Sequence record: MK308676.1
DNA: 64,000 nt
Reading direction: 5' to 3' (one strand)
Shown here: positions 9,192-18,843 of the stretch, in pieces
Layout of the letters: each line of letters starts with the position of its first letter
How positions within the stretch are numbered: the stretch's first letter is position 1
Notes under the pieces: generated by a model
The model's database searches: none
What the model was told of the DNA's origin: nothing
What the model saw: only the letters and a program-made list of their open reading frames with translations
Translations under genes and position numbers: made by a program

Positions 9192-10079
9192 CTATTTATC
9201 TTCGTCCACCATCCGGTCATGGACACTCTGAAGCCAATCGATGAGCTCTTTAACTTCTTTCTTATCTAGGTCTTCAGAGAAGTGGTTATCGCAATCTTCC
9301 TGAATTTCCAATAGCTCCGGCTTAGCAGGGTCGAAAGAAAAGCTTACGATTGAAGAATAATCGCGATGGTTTCTACCGTATTCCTCTTCTCTCTTTTTGA
9401 TAAATCGGACCGTTTGATACGCAACGGTATAGCCGATTACTTCAGCTTCCAGCGGAGAGTCCAAATAGAACTCCGTAGTAAAGTAAGGCGTGAAGACGGA
9501 GCTCTTGGTTTCTAGAGTCGCCTGAATTCCGAGACGTATAGACATAGAAGCAGTCATGCCGTCTTCTGGTCGTATGCAGCCAAAGACGTCAGGTAGAGGC
9601 CTGCCGTCAGATGTGACATATCGGAACTTGAGAGGTAGACCAACCGACATTTCGAGGTGGTTTAAGTTCGATTCTTCTCTAATCGACACAGTGCGGCCGT
9701 TGGTGACCGAAACCGCTAAAAACGCTTCCGTTTGTTTGTTGGGGTCGCGTAGCTTAACAAGGTAAGACGTGATGTGGAATTGTTCTACATCCACTTCGTC
9801 GGTTTCCTCGAGGAGGTCTAGACTGCCCTTACCGTTTCTGCCTAAAGCGATGAGGTCCACAGGGGCGCCAGCCTTAATATAGTCGGTATCACTGACGAAC
9901 AGTTCTGCCATCTCTTCAGAGCGACGAACGATTACGTGGTCCGGGCGGAGCTGTTCAATGTGTGCTCTAAAAGCCGATTCGCTCTTAACGCCCAGAGGGT
10001 TGTTAATATGGAGATGATTTGACATTTCGTAATCCTCTTTTGAAAATGAGATAAAAAGTGGAGACCCGAAGGCCTCCAC
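9192..10079 (-). CDS. Second stand-alone MCP-domain-like protein
   Basis: KAGAPVDLIAL..LEETDEVD and AEVIGYTV resemble recalled MCP motifs; likely start at 10025. Confidence 0.5.
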   Translation of the reverse strand: MEAFGSPLFISFSKEDYEMSNHLHINNPLGVKSESAFRAHIEQLRPDHVIVRRSEEMAELFVSDTDYIKAGAPVDLIALGRNGKGSLDLLEETDEVDVEQFHITSYLVKLRDPNKQTEAFLAVSVTNGRTVSIREESNLNHLEMSVGLPLKFRYVTSDGRPLPDVFGCIRPEDGMTASMSIRLGIQATLETKSSVFTPYFTTEFYLDSPLEAEVIGYTVAYQTVRFIKKREEEYGRNHRDYSSIVSFSFDPAKPELLEIQEDCDNHFSEDLDKKEVKELIDWLQSVHDRMVDEDK

Positions 10080-10080
10080 T
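10053..10080 (-). terminator. Intrinsic terminator after beta' exon 2
   Basis: AGUGGAGGCC-UUCG-GGUCUCCACU followed by UUUUAU. Confidence 0.75.
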
Positions 10081-10085
10081 CGACT

Positions 10086-10274
10086 TTATTGCAGTGTAAC
10101 TTGCTCTGCCGCACACCAAGCATATTGGTTTGCAACTGTAACAGCAGGCATCTTGATGTTGTTCTTAATAGAACCAGGGTTTTGCGTAGAGTGAATATCG
10201 TACTGAGGCTCCAACATACTGAAGCGCTCTGCCATGTATTCGTCTAGTGCTAACGACCCCGTCATCATATCTCC
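10086..10274 (-). CDS. rpoC: nvRNAP beta' N-subunit, exon 2 (GDMMTG..., 62 aa)
   Basis: GGA GAT ATG ATG completes NADFD+GD in frame, directly after the terminal G of the intron. Confidence 0.85.
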   Translation of the reverse strand, partial: GDMMTGSLALDEYMAERFSMLEPQYDIHSTQNPGSIKNNIKMPAVTVANQYAWCAAEQVTLQ

Positions 10275-12096
10275 CGTACCTTCAGCCAGTTCGTTAGACT
10301 GACCCGCAGCATGACCTGCTAAGCTCTAGGGTTTCCCACTAGACGACTCACCTTCGTGAGAAGGGCATTTGACTGCCGTCGAGACTATATCATCGGTTCC
10401 TCTCAAGGACACCGCCTCATGCTTCGCCCGCACTTGCTGGGCTAGCGCTAACTTATTCCGCTATTAGGATAGCATCTGTTAGCATTAGTCGTTGAACCTG
10501 CCACAGTTTAAAGTAGCTCGGCTGCTGATTACCAATTCCATGTTCCCTTAGGAGTGTCATCGCGACAGGTCCATAGGACATCTCTTATGTTCTTTCTGTT
10601 TTCACAGCCTTTCCATCTGAACTTTCGTTCTCTGTTTCGGCCATAAGAGCTTTACGGATTTCCAGCAATTCAAAAGGTTTTACTTCGACTTAGATTTCCA
10701 GCTTCTCAATCTTTTTATGTTAATGTTAAAGCGCCCAAGCAAAGGGACGTTTTTCTTTTCAGCGTTTCTTATTGTAGACTCAGCTATGCCTATTTGCTTA
10801 GCAACTTGCTGTATGGAAGTGCCTACGTAGATTTCTTTAGTTAAGGGGTCCTCTACAGTAACGATGGCCGAAATGCGACTAGCGTCCTTCAGGATAGCGC
10901 CTTCCGCTTCTGTAAAGTCTGGCCATTCAGGTTTGTCCAAAACGGGACGAACCACGTAGCCTCGGCACGGGACATCGTCGAAGGTACTCTTCATCCTGGA
11001 AACATTCGACTCCACTGTCCCTATGTATCTGGCAGCTGCTCCGGAACTTTCAAAGATTTTTACTTCTCCGAAACTTTCCGGGCGATAGCTTTTTACCATA
11101 CAGGACGCGCACATACCAGAGCGACCAACCTGTTTTTCTAGCTCCGACGCCACCGGTACCGGCAATCCGCTGTCTTCATAGGAAAAAGCATATGTGCCCT
11201 TTTCATTTAGCTGATAGACGGCTTCTTCTGCGGCTCTTCTAGAAAGGCGGTCCACGCTATTGAAGTGCATGCCTGTGGCTTTAGCGGCCACCGTAGAGGA
11301 ACTATATATTTCCTGAGTGTTTTCTCTAACGTCAAAAACACAAACTCTTCTACCCTTCCCTTTTCTTGAGATGTTCTTTTCTTTCCCGGCGTTCTTGCTC
11401 TGAGTAAGCCATTGAAGGTTACTGAGCCCATCATTAAAGCCATCAGTATCCTTATGGTCACACTCTAAAACATCCACGTTAGCCGGATAGTCTTTAAAAG
11501 CCAGTAGTTTCGCTCTGCCTCTCCCAAGTAACAGATGTCGCCCCAAGTCGTCTAAAATACTGGCCTTCATATAACGACCATGTATGCTAAATGAATGGGT
11601 CTTTCCGGTTGCTCCATTCAGCAATAGACCTTCTTTAGACAGTCCGTATTTCGTACAGCCTGGAATCCTAAAGTAATTTGGATTTTTTCTAAGCGGCAGG
11701 GGTTTGGTAAACCCATACGTTAGATTACCTGGATGTAGATTATTACGGTCACCGTCTATGAACAATGGGCGTATTTTTCTTACTTCTTCCAGAGAAAAAG
11801 CGAAGAGTTTCTTCCATGCCCAGACCATAACTTTAGCGATGGCCACTTCCACACGGCCATTATCGCTTTTTAAGAATACGCTTTTGTTTCTTCCATTGAC
11901 TTTGCGGACACATTTTGCTTCCGTTCCGTCACTAGAATAAACATTACCCTTTTTGTCTAGCCAGAGACCATAGTTTGGAATCTCGACTCGACTAACATTA
12001 ACATAACCACTTAAACGTTCTCTTTTCATAGCTTATCTCCTCTATGATATCCGTTTTTATGGTTTATTTTGATTTAAAAAACTTACCCTTCTTTTA
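10275..12096 (-). mobile_element. Group I intron (1822 nt) with homing endonuclease
   Basis: Exon ends in U and intron ends in G; P AAUUGCUGGAAA (~10659-10670), Q AAUCAGCAG (~10522-10530), R UUCAACGACUA (~10486-10496), S GAUAUAGUC (~10383-10391); IGS GUCGAAGU 10682-10689. Confidence 0.9.
10680..12029 (-). CDS. Intron-encoded HNH homing endonuclease
   Basis: CDHKDTDGFNDGLSNLQW HNH motif; degenerate upstream copy FIDGDRNNLHPGNL; NUMOD4-like and NUMOD1-like HTH repeats; GAGGAG RBS. Confidence 0.85.
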   Translation of the reverse strand: MKRERLSGYVNVSRVEIPNYGLWLDKKGNVYSSDGTEAKCVRKVNGRNKSVFLKSDNGRVEVAIAKVMVWAWKKLFAFSLEEVRKIRPLFIDGDRNNLHPGNLTYGFTKPLPLRKNPNYFRIPGCTKYGLSKEGLLLNGATGKTHSFSIHGRYMKASILDDLGRHLLLGRGRAKLLAFKDYPANVDVLECDHKDTDGFNDGLSNLQWLTQSKNAGKEKNISRKGKGRRVCVFDVRENTQEIYSSSTVAAKATGMHFNSVDRLSRRAAEEAVYQLNEKGTYAFSYEDSGLPVPVASELEKQVGRSGMCASCMVKSYRPESFGEVKIFESSGAAARYIGTVESNVSRMKSTFDDVPCRGYVVRPVLDKPEWPDFTEAEGAILKDASRISAIVTVEDPLTKEIYVGTSIQQVAKQIGIAESTIRNAEKKNVPLLGRFNINIKRLRSWKSKSK

Positions 12097-13434
12097 ATCG
12101 AAATCTGCGTTAGGTCCCACCAGTGCAAGGACCGAGAGTGCTATCTCGCATTCGCTTAGGCCCACGATTCTTAATCCTTGCGTGCTAGACCTTGCAAGAC
12201 TAGGATAACGAGTCAGAGCACACTTAATGCCGCCGCCCTTACGCTTACGTGTACGCAACGTAGAAGGCAGTTCTTTAAGTGTAGGGTTACCAGCCGCATC
12301 TTTTACTACGATGGTCTGAGCAACGCTCTCAGGAGTCGGAGGAGTATCATCGATAAGTTCTTCCAGGACATCTACAAGTAGAGGGTCCCAATCCGTAGCA
12401 TGTTGTAGTACGTAGGCTTGGGCCTGAGCGTGACTAAACTTATGTTTCCGGATGAGCTTAGCGATGACTAATGGTTCCAGACAAGTTAACATCTGATGGT
12501 ACGGTACGAGAATAGTATCGTACTCATGAGGACGATGATAAGACGTGATGATGTTACGGAACGAGTAGTTCATGCGCGTACCGAAGTTCACACGGCGTAA
12601 CCAACCAGACTTAGACGATAAGTTGTTTTCGATAACGTCTTTATAGTAGTTGGTTAAGTCTACCATGATGTTAGTAAAGCGAGTCTCTAATCGCTTCACG
12701 TTTATCATGCCCATTGTGCCGGCTGCGGCAAAGATAGCTTCCATTGCAGAAGCCATTGTCTTATCGTAGTAGTTACCGTAAGCTGTTGACTCGATGGCAA
12801 ATGCTACTTTAGACGGGATTGGAATGTGCTTAACGAATAGATGCTCACGGTACTCTTCCACAAACTCTTTCAGTTCTTGGCGTTTCTGCACGGAGGCAGT
12901 CTGGCGTAAAGCAACTTCTAGAATCTTGTCGAACTCTTCTTTTACATTAGAGAGGCCACGTTTAAGACCTAGCTTCTTGAAGTGCTCTACAATAGAGGTA
13001 CCTTTCTTCTTAGACTCATCTGGGTCAGGCAGCTTAGGGTCCATTGCCCACTGCAAGCCATCGAAGCCACGGTTATCCTTTAAGCGTTCGCTTAGGAAAA
13101 TCCAAGGCAGTGGTGCTAAGAAGTAATCGATGCCGCGAGGAACAGAAATCCAGATTTCCGATTCGATTGCTTGGTTGTGGTGAGATACCACTTTGGTGTT
13201 ACAGTGTTCACAGATAACACCGAGGTTAACTGCTTCTTTTGTCTTACGACAACCACACTGAGGCACAGTAGCTAAAACATCCGAAGACTCATACTTAGTC
13301 ACCGTCAATGACTCAAGTAGCTTTCGGTCTTCTTCGGTTTCAAGTTTCAGTTCGTTTACGATGACCGGAGGGTTTTCCATTGAAGATAAACGCCAGTCCA
13401 AGTTACCGAATTTTAGAACCTGTGTTCCTAACAT
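12097..13434 (-). CDS. rpoC: nvRNAP beta' N-subunit (phiKZ gp55-like), exon 1
   Basis: Zn-finger CGC..CEHC, KSGWLRR..FGTR, TRYPSL, ends GPNADFD. Confidence 0.9.
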
Positions 13435-13462
13435 AGGGTCGTGCTCCTTTGTTATGTTTAAC

Positions 13463-14233
13463 TTACTGTTCGTACTTAGTGTTTTGGCTTACGTCGCCAA
13501 CTTCACTCTTAGGGGGAATATAGGACAAACCGTTCTTTGAAACGTACTCCGTAATCTCCTCAAGAGTGTCGAACTTCTTACCACCCAGGTGCTTAGGGAT
13601 AATCTCCATAAACTCCACTAGGGCTCTTTGGTCCGCTACGGCAGCACCTACGTCATCTAACGCGAAATGTGTTGACTGGGTGCGACTGAGGCGGTTAGGT
13701 AGGATTTTAGAAGGATACATCATCGTACGAGTAGACGAGGTATCCGCTACCTGGTGGCCTAGGATTAAACCTAAGCGAGGCATCTGCGCATTGATGAAAG
13801 ACTTATCGAAGTTCACGGACTTCCCGTGGACGATAATGACGTACTTCGCTTTGGCGTCATAAGCCGGTAGTTTACCGTCAACTAGGAACTCTCGATGGTT
13901 CGCAGTAAAGTAGCTAGTTAAGATAAAAATGATGCGGTCTTCTACTTCGTGAAGAGGTAGCCGCTCGCGTGTCTCCCATTCTACGTCAAAGCCGTTTTCA
14001 ATATGGAACTGCACAGTGCCTTCGTCAGAACGCGCCATTTCTTCAGCTGTAGGCTGAACCATATAGTCGAAGCTGACCTGTTCTTCTAAGTCTTCCGATA
14101 GAATTGTTCCTGCCACTTGGACTAGTGGGTAATGATTACAGCCAGCAACATAAGTGCCGTCCTCTAGCTTAACTGGGTAGTTGAAACCCATTGTCTCTGA
14201 ATCCAGGGACAGATATACGATGGTCTTTGCCAT
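13463..14233 (-). CDS. Oligoribonuclease-like DEDDh 3'-5' exonuclease
   Basis: LDSETMG, HGKSVNFDKSFI, DTSS, THFALDDV motifs. Confidence 0.75.
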   Translation of the reverse strand: MAKTIVYLSLDSETMGFNYPVKLEDGTYVAGCNHYPLVQVAGTILSEDLEEQVSFDYMVQPTAEEMARSDEGTVQFHIENGFDVEWETRERLPLHEVEDRIIFILTSYFTANHREFLVDGKLPAYDAKAKYVIIVHGKSVNFDKSFINAQMPRLGLILGHQVADTSSTRTMMYPSKILPNRLSRTQSTHFALDDVGAAVADQRALVEFMEIIPKHLGGKKFDTLEEITEYVSKNGLSYIPPKSEVGDVSQNTKYEQ

Positions 14234-14270
14234 ACTAACCTCTTATAAAGGAAAAAGAAAATATAAGTAA

Positions 14271-14302
14271 ACTGAGGCTACGGCGTGAACCGTAGCCTCA
14301 GC
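14271..14302 (-). terminator. Terminator after chimallin
   Basis: CTGAGGCTACGG/CCGTAGCCTCAG 12-bp stem followed by a U-rich tail on the minus strand. Confidence 0.75.
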
Positions 14303-14332
14303 TAATTACTTACTTACGTTTTTTAATGCAAC

Positions 14333-16237
14333 TTAAGAAGTCACACCGTAACGGTATTGAGAACGACCTGCTTGGTATGCACCTTCACCGTATACACCAC
14401 GTTGTGATGTTGCAGTTTGGAATGCTTGACCAGGCTGGAACGCTTGACCAGCGTTGAAGCCGTGTACGCCTTGAGTGTTGTCGTAGTCAGTGTCAACCAG
14501 ACCTTCAGTGTTTAGAACCATGCCGCTGTTGATAACTGCTTGCATGAACGCTGGAAGGAAATCTGGAGAGTAGAAGAAACGGTCGTAGATACCGTCAATG
14601 TCTGCATTAACTACTTGCTTAAGGATTTCACGACGAGTGTGGATGTTCACAAGACCTTGTGGACCATTACAGCCGCCAGGTACTAGAGACTGCTGGAACT
14701 CACGCATGCGAGTGCCTGCTTCTGCACCGAACAGTTGTAGCATCTGTAGCTGACCACATTCACGTAGGTCGTGAGTGTTACCTTCTTTATCTGTGTAAGT
14801 ACCAGCATGAACAGCAACAGCTTGAGGCTGTAGTACTGGACGTGCTTCGTTACCCCAGATTGGAAGGAAGTGTCCGCCTAGGAATTGGTCTACTAGAGCT
14901 ACGAATTCTGCGTTTGCTTGTAGACGGTCTTGGTCATCACCTAGAACCGATGCAACTAGAAGTTCGTAAATCCATGCAGTACGACCACCACGCAGTACGT
15001 CGAATGCCACAGTGATTGTGTCATGTACGTTACGTGCAATGTACTGGTCAAGTGATACGCGGCCAGTTGTGTCCATACCCATAGATACAGATTTGTCTAG
15101 CTCAATTTCACATGGTGCCCAATCTTCAGCGCCAGTCATACGACCGTCCCACTGATAGTTAAGAACGCCTAGTGAAGGTTTGCCACCAAAGTTACGACGG
15201 AAGACCTGCTTGTAGTTCTGGCCAGACGCTTGCTGTGCAAGTGCTAGTAGGCTGAACAGTACAGTTTCTTCAGACTCGTATGCTTTAGCAGTGTGTGGGT
15301 CAATACCTTGAGCCACTGATTGAACTAGTAGAGGGTGGTACGCACGACGTACGAATTCACCGTTTTCTAGACGCACTGCATCGTTAGATGGAGCGAATAC
15401 GAAATCTACGTAAGTTTCAGCTTGGGCTAGAGTGATACGACGCTCACGGTTGTTACGAGAACGTTTAGCGTTACCGCGACGAGTACGTGCTTCACCAACA
15501 GTTACTGTAGAAGTAATGTCAGTGTAAGTTGGGTTACCTTCTACGTCAGATGTAGTTGAACCTGGGTTCACTTCATGACCGATTTCGATAGTAAGACCAC
15601 GGCTCACGATGTCTGGTGCGCTTACGGTAATGTTGCTGTTTAGAGACATTAGGTTACGTTCAGCTGTTGCGTATAGACAGCCTAGGTAAGCTTCATTCGT
15701 TAGGTCCATTGATGCACGAGCAGTCATGAAGCCGTTTTGAATGTAGTCTACAGTAGCACCGGTACGACGTACAACTTCGTCTGTGATAGCGTTAACAAGA
15801 ACGGCATCCCAGAACTCTGAAGTATCTGCGTCAAGAAGGATTGGTTGGTTTTCAACGATGATTTCTTCGCCTTTAACCGCGCCTTCATATGCACCTTCTT
15901 CGATTAGGATGGTGTAGAAACCTTTAGTCTCACCTACAGTGTTGTAGGCTACGATTGCAGGTACACCTACCTTCATGTCATCGTCGATTGCGATGAACTG
16001 AAGACCTAGTGCGTTGCGAGAAGCTTTCTTCTCAGTAGCAGCACGCTCATTAAGGAACGCTATGCCAGCTGTGATAGCTTCGTTGGTGCGACCAGTGAAG
16101 TCAGAAGCAGAGCCTAGAACTTGGTCTAGGAAGTTGCCGCCCATCGGTGCAGACTGTTGTGCAGCTGCGCCTTGCTCAGGTGCGTTAGTTTCAGTTTGTG
16201 CTTCTTTCTTAGCTTTGTTACCTTTAGGGTCGAACAT
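14333..16237 (-). CDS. chmA: Chimallin, phage nuclear shell protein
   Basis: 634 aa, disordered N/C termini, strong codon bias, canonical position between DNA pol/gp52-like and beta'; ends RYG; early promoter upstream. Confidence 0.8.
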   Translation of the reverse strand: MFDPKGNKAKKEAQTETNAPEQGAAAQQSAPMGGNFLDQVLGSASDFTGRTNEAITAGIAFLNERAATEKKASRNALGLQFIAIDDDMKVGVPAIVAYNTVGETKGFYTILIEEGAYEGAVKGEEIIVENQPILLDADTSEFWDAVLVNAITDEVVRRTGATVDYIQNGFMTARASMDLTNEAYLGCLYATAERNLMSLNSNITVSAPDIVSRGLTIEIGHEVNPGSTTSDVEGNPTYTDITSTVTVGEARTRRGNAKRSRNNRERRITLAQAETYVDFVFAPSNDAVRLENGEFVRRAYHPLLVQSVAQGIDPHTAKAYESEETVLFSLLALAQQASGQNYKQVFRRNFGGKPSLGVLNYQWDGRMTGAEDWAPCEIELDKSVSMGMDTTGRVSLDQYIARNVHDTITVAFDVLRGGRTAWIYELLVASVLGDDQDRLQANAEFVALVDQFLGGHFLPIWGNEARPVLQPQAVAVHAGTYTDKEGNTHDLRECGQLQMLQLFGAEAGTRMREFQQSLVPGGCNGPQGLVNIHTRREILKQVVNADIDGIYDRFFYSPDFLPAFMQAVINSGMVLNTEGLVDTDYDNTQGVHGFNAGQAFQPGQAFQTATSQRGVYGEGAYQAGRSQYRYGVTS

Positions 16238-16341
16238 GGTTGTATCTCCTGGTTGGGATTATAGTCAAAATAGGCAAAGAAAAAACAATATTGTTCTTTC
16301 TAAGCTGTACTTGCAGCGTTAAGTTGCCCAAGTACACAATG

Positions 16342-16352
16342 ACAATATGGGT
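16342..16352 (-). promoter_or_regulatory. Early-promoter-like ACCCATATTGT upstream of chimallin
   Basis: Variant of the recurrent motif. Confidence 0.55.
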
Positions 16353-16569
16353 GATAGATTTTCTTCAAAATCACTTTTGCAATGTGAACTGCGGTACTAG
16401 GTGCTAGCAATGCACCTTACGGTACATTCACTAACATACTATTAGTAGTAAAACCGTTATGAATTTTACTAAAGGGTTTTATGACAGTTATGTCGAAAGC
16501 TCTAAATGGCTCTCGTCACATCTTATAGGGCAATGCTGTTTATTTTAAATTCGATACAGGTAACTTATT

Positions 16570-17649
16570 ATGCTAAAGCTATTTTCTACCTTTACTGGAC
16601 TAGATAGAGGAGAGACTATAGAGGCAGGTCTAAATCGAGTCTTGCAGCTACAGGCTAAGAATATAGCTGTAGCTGAGACCTACTATCAGAACCAATACGT
16701 TCCGACGGATATGACCAACCCACTCATACGTCTCTGCTATCGTTTCAATTGGGAGTTGACAACCGAACCTGTTAACTACTATAATAGAGCTAAAGAAGAA
16801 ATGCAAGAACTATGTCTTAACACAGGCATCACTTCTTCTGCTAATGAAGGCGATATCTTCGAAGGGCTCTTTTACGGCGAGAACGTAAAGACTGTGATGG
16901 TCGCGGAAGCAGACGCCGCTCGGCGTAACCGCATCCTGAGTCAACCTCGATGGAAAGACATCCGTCCTGTTAGGGTACTCACCCGACCAGGTGTAAAAGG
17001 CTCATATGTTCGCCCCGACCTAATTGAGTACAACGAAGGTCACTGCGTCATCTCGGTAGATATCCCCGCGTTAGCTTACATGTTCCGAGGATGGATTGAG
17101 GATAACCTCAAACTTCCTGTGGAGCAACAGAAGCAACCTTTCCACTTTGTTTGCCATTATGTCTTACCTTCAATGATGTGGTCTCAGCAAGACGCTACGC
17201 TTATCAATAGCCTAGTGATTGGTGCAGACGCATGGAAGGAAGACGCTGGTGAGTTCTCAACCTTCTTAGCTATTAACAACATGACCGACTCTTTACTACG
17301 GACTACCTATGGCCTAGTTAAAGAAGTCGGGACTCAAACTGCGACGTGGGAAAAGCTACTTAGCCACATACCTTCTTTTATAGGGGAAGACATGTCAACT
17401 GCCCTCCCTCAGTTCTTTGACCGTAAGACGATTAAGAACGAGTGGGTCGAGCTAATAGCCATGTTACCCATTGCGACGGTCTGTGCTAAATACGCTAAGA
17501 ACAATCCAGAGTCTACTATGGTGGACAACCTCTGGAAAGAGTATTCTCGCTATCTTAAGAACCAACGCATCATCTCTAAGATACCGGACAAGAAACTCAT
17601 TGCTCAGGTAGATGAAGCCTTTGCTCAATTCGTAATTGAATATAGTTAA
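16570..17649 (+). CDS. Conserved core protein (phiKZ gp52-like, probably virion)
   Basis: 359 aa, divergent from chimallin as in phiKZ-like synteny. Confidence 0.55.
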   Translation: MLKLFSTFTGLDRGETIEAGLNRVLQLQAKNIAVAETYYQNQYVPTDMTNPLIRLCYRFNWELTTEPVNYYNRAKEEMQELCLNTGITSSANEGDIFEGLFYGENVKTVMVAEADAARRNRILSQPRWKDIRPVRVLTRPGVKGSYVRPDLIEYNEGHCVISVDIPALAYMFRGWIEDNLKLPVEQQKQPFHFVCHYVLPSMMWSQQDATLINSLVIGADAWKEDAGEFSTFLAINNMTDSLLRTTYGLVKEVGTQTATWEKLLSHIPSFIGEDMSTALPQFFDRKTIKNEWVELIAMLPIATVCAKYAKNNPESTMVDNLWKEYSRYLKNQRIISKIPDKKLIAQVDEAFAQFVIEYS

Positions 17650-17658
17650 AAAAAAAAT

Positions 17659-17693
17659 AAGCTCCTTAGGCCATAAGGCCTAAGGAGTACTTA
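17659..17693. terminator. Bidirectional terminator
   Basis: CTCCTTAGGCC/GGCCTAAGGAG between convergent genes. Confidence 0.75.
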
Positions 17694-18815
17694 TTAACGC
17701 TTTATGACGGCGACCGGTTCTCTTTGCAATATAGAAGATACGTACTTAACATGTTCTTCTAACGTTGTTCCTTCCGGCATTATTCTGGTCTCCGTATAAC
17801 CGACACCAAAGCTTTCTTTAGAAAGAGTAGGATACGGCATAGAATCTAGAACTAGTTTCTCTTCACTGGGGTCTTTTGTCGACCACACGTATGCTTTGTT
17901 TAGGCCGAGATGGCCCATTCGGCTTTTTAATGAGGATGTAAATCCCAACTTGAATGCACCCGCACCATCGATTGGCATCAGGTAGACGACAGCGATACCT
18001 TCGGCCTTACAGCATTCCGGGATTACCCGCAAATAGAGGTCTCTTCCGCTATAAGTGTTTTCACCATGACACGAACACGTTAACTTGACCGTTCCTTTAT
18101 CTTTAACGAAGCTATAGGTGTGACCAGTAATGGCCGTCGATTGGGTCAGGCGAAACTTAAGGGCAGATTCTGTTATTTCTAGATGCAGTCCCCTATTCGC
18201 GTTACCGCACGTTTGACAACCAGTACCATGGTGGACTAGGTTACTGATTATCGGGTCCCATTCTCTACCGCAGGCCTTACACTTACAATGGATGGTATCC
18301 GTGTTCTTCTTGCCGTCTAGCGAAGAATGCTCGATGCCATCCTCTTTTAGTCTGGCCTTTAGGTCATCGTATTTACCGTCTTGGTAAAAGCGCTTCTCTG
18401 CCATCTTCTTGTAGCCACATTCAGGACAGCCTGTCTTGCGCATAACCGATTCAGCTTGAACCCACCACTCGTGCTTACATGTCTTACAGACGGCCCAACC
18501 GTGCTCCTTGAGACCTTTGTACTCGAACTTACTTAGGTCGATGTTAGGGTCTCGTTTCTTAGTCTCGGTAATGAACTGCTTTTCCGTAATCTTGCGGCTC
18601 TCGTTCTGGTTACGGTACTTACACTCCTTACAGCCTCGTCCCTGCATTAAGTTGCTAGGGCGAATTTCCCATTCGTAGCCACAGCCTTCTACACCGCAGT
18701 AAACTGTAGAGGCTACCTTGTCTCCGAGATACTCGAACTTGTCGAGCATAATAGTGGAGTCCGGATGTCGAGCTCGGAACTTCTCGACAAACTTCTCCGT
18801 TGACATTCTTGCCAT
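17694..18815 (-). CDS. Free-standing putative homing endonuclease (zinc-ribbon repeats plus GIY-YIG-like C-terminal domain)
   Basis: Repeated C..C-HEW-x-GC..C units; VVYLM...FKLGFT...RM; likely start MARMS at 18815. Confidence 0.7.
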   Translation of the reverse strand: MARMSTEKFVEKFRARHPDSTIMLDKFEYLGDKVASTVYCGVEGCGYEWEIRPSNLMQGRGCKECKYRNQNESRKITEKQFITETKKRDPNIDLSKFEYKGLKEHGWAVCKTCKHEWWVQAESVMRKTGCPECGYKKMAEKRFYQDGKYDDLKARLKEDGIEHSSLDGKKNTDTIHCKCKACGREWDPIISNLVHHGTGCQTCGNANRGLHLEITESALKFRLTQSTAITGHTYSFVKDKGTVKLTCSCHGENTYSGRDLYLRVIPECCKAEGIAVVYLMPIDGAGAFKLGFTSSLKSRMGHLGLNKAYVWSTKDPSEEKLVLDSMPYPTLSKESFGVGYTETRIMPEGTTLEEHVKYVSSILQREPVAVIKR

Positions 18816-18843
18816 TGTGTTTTCCTTATAAGGATAAAAGATT

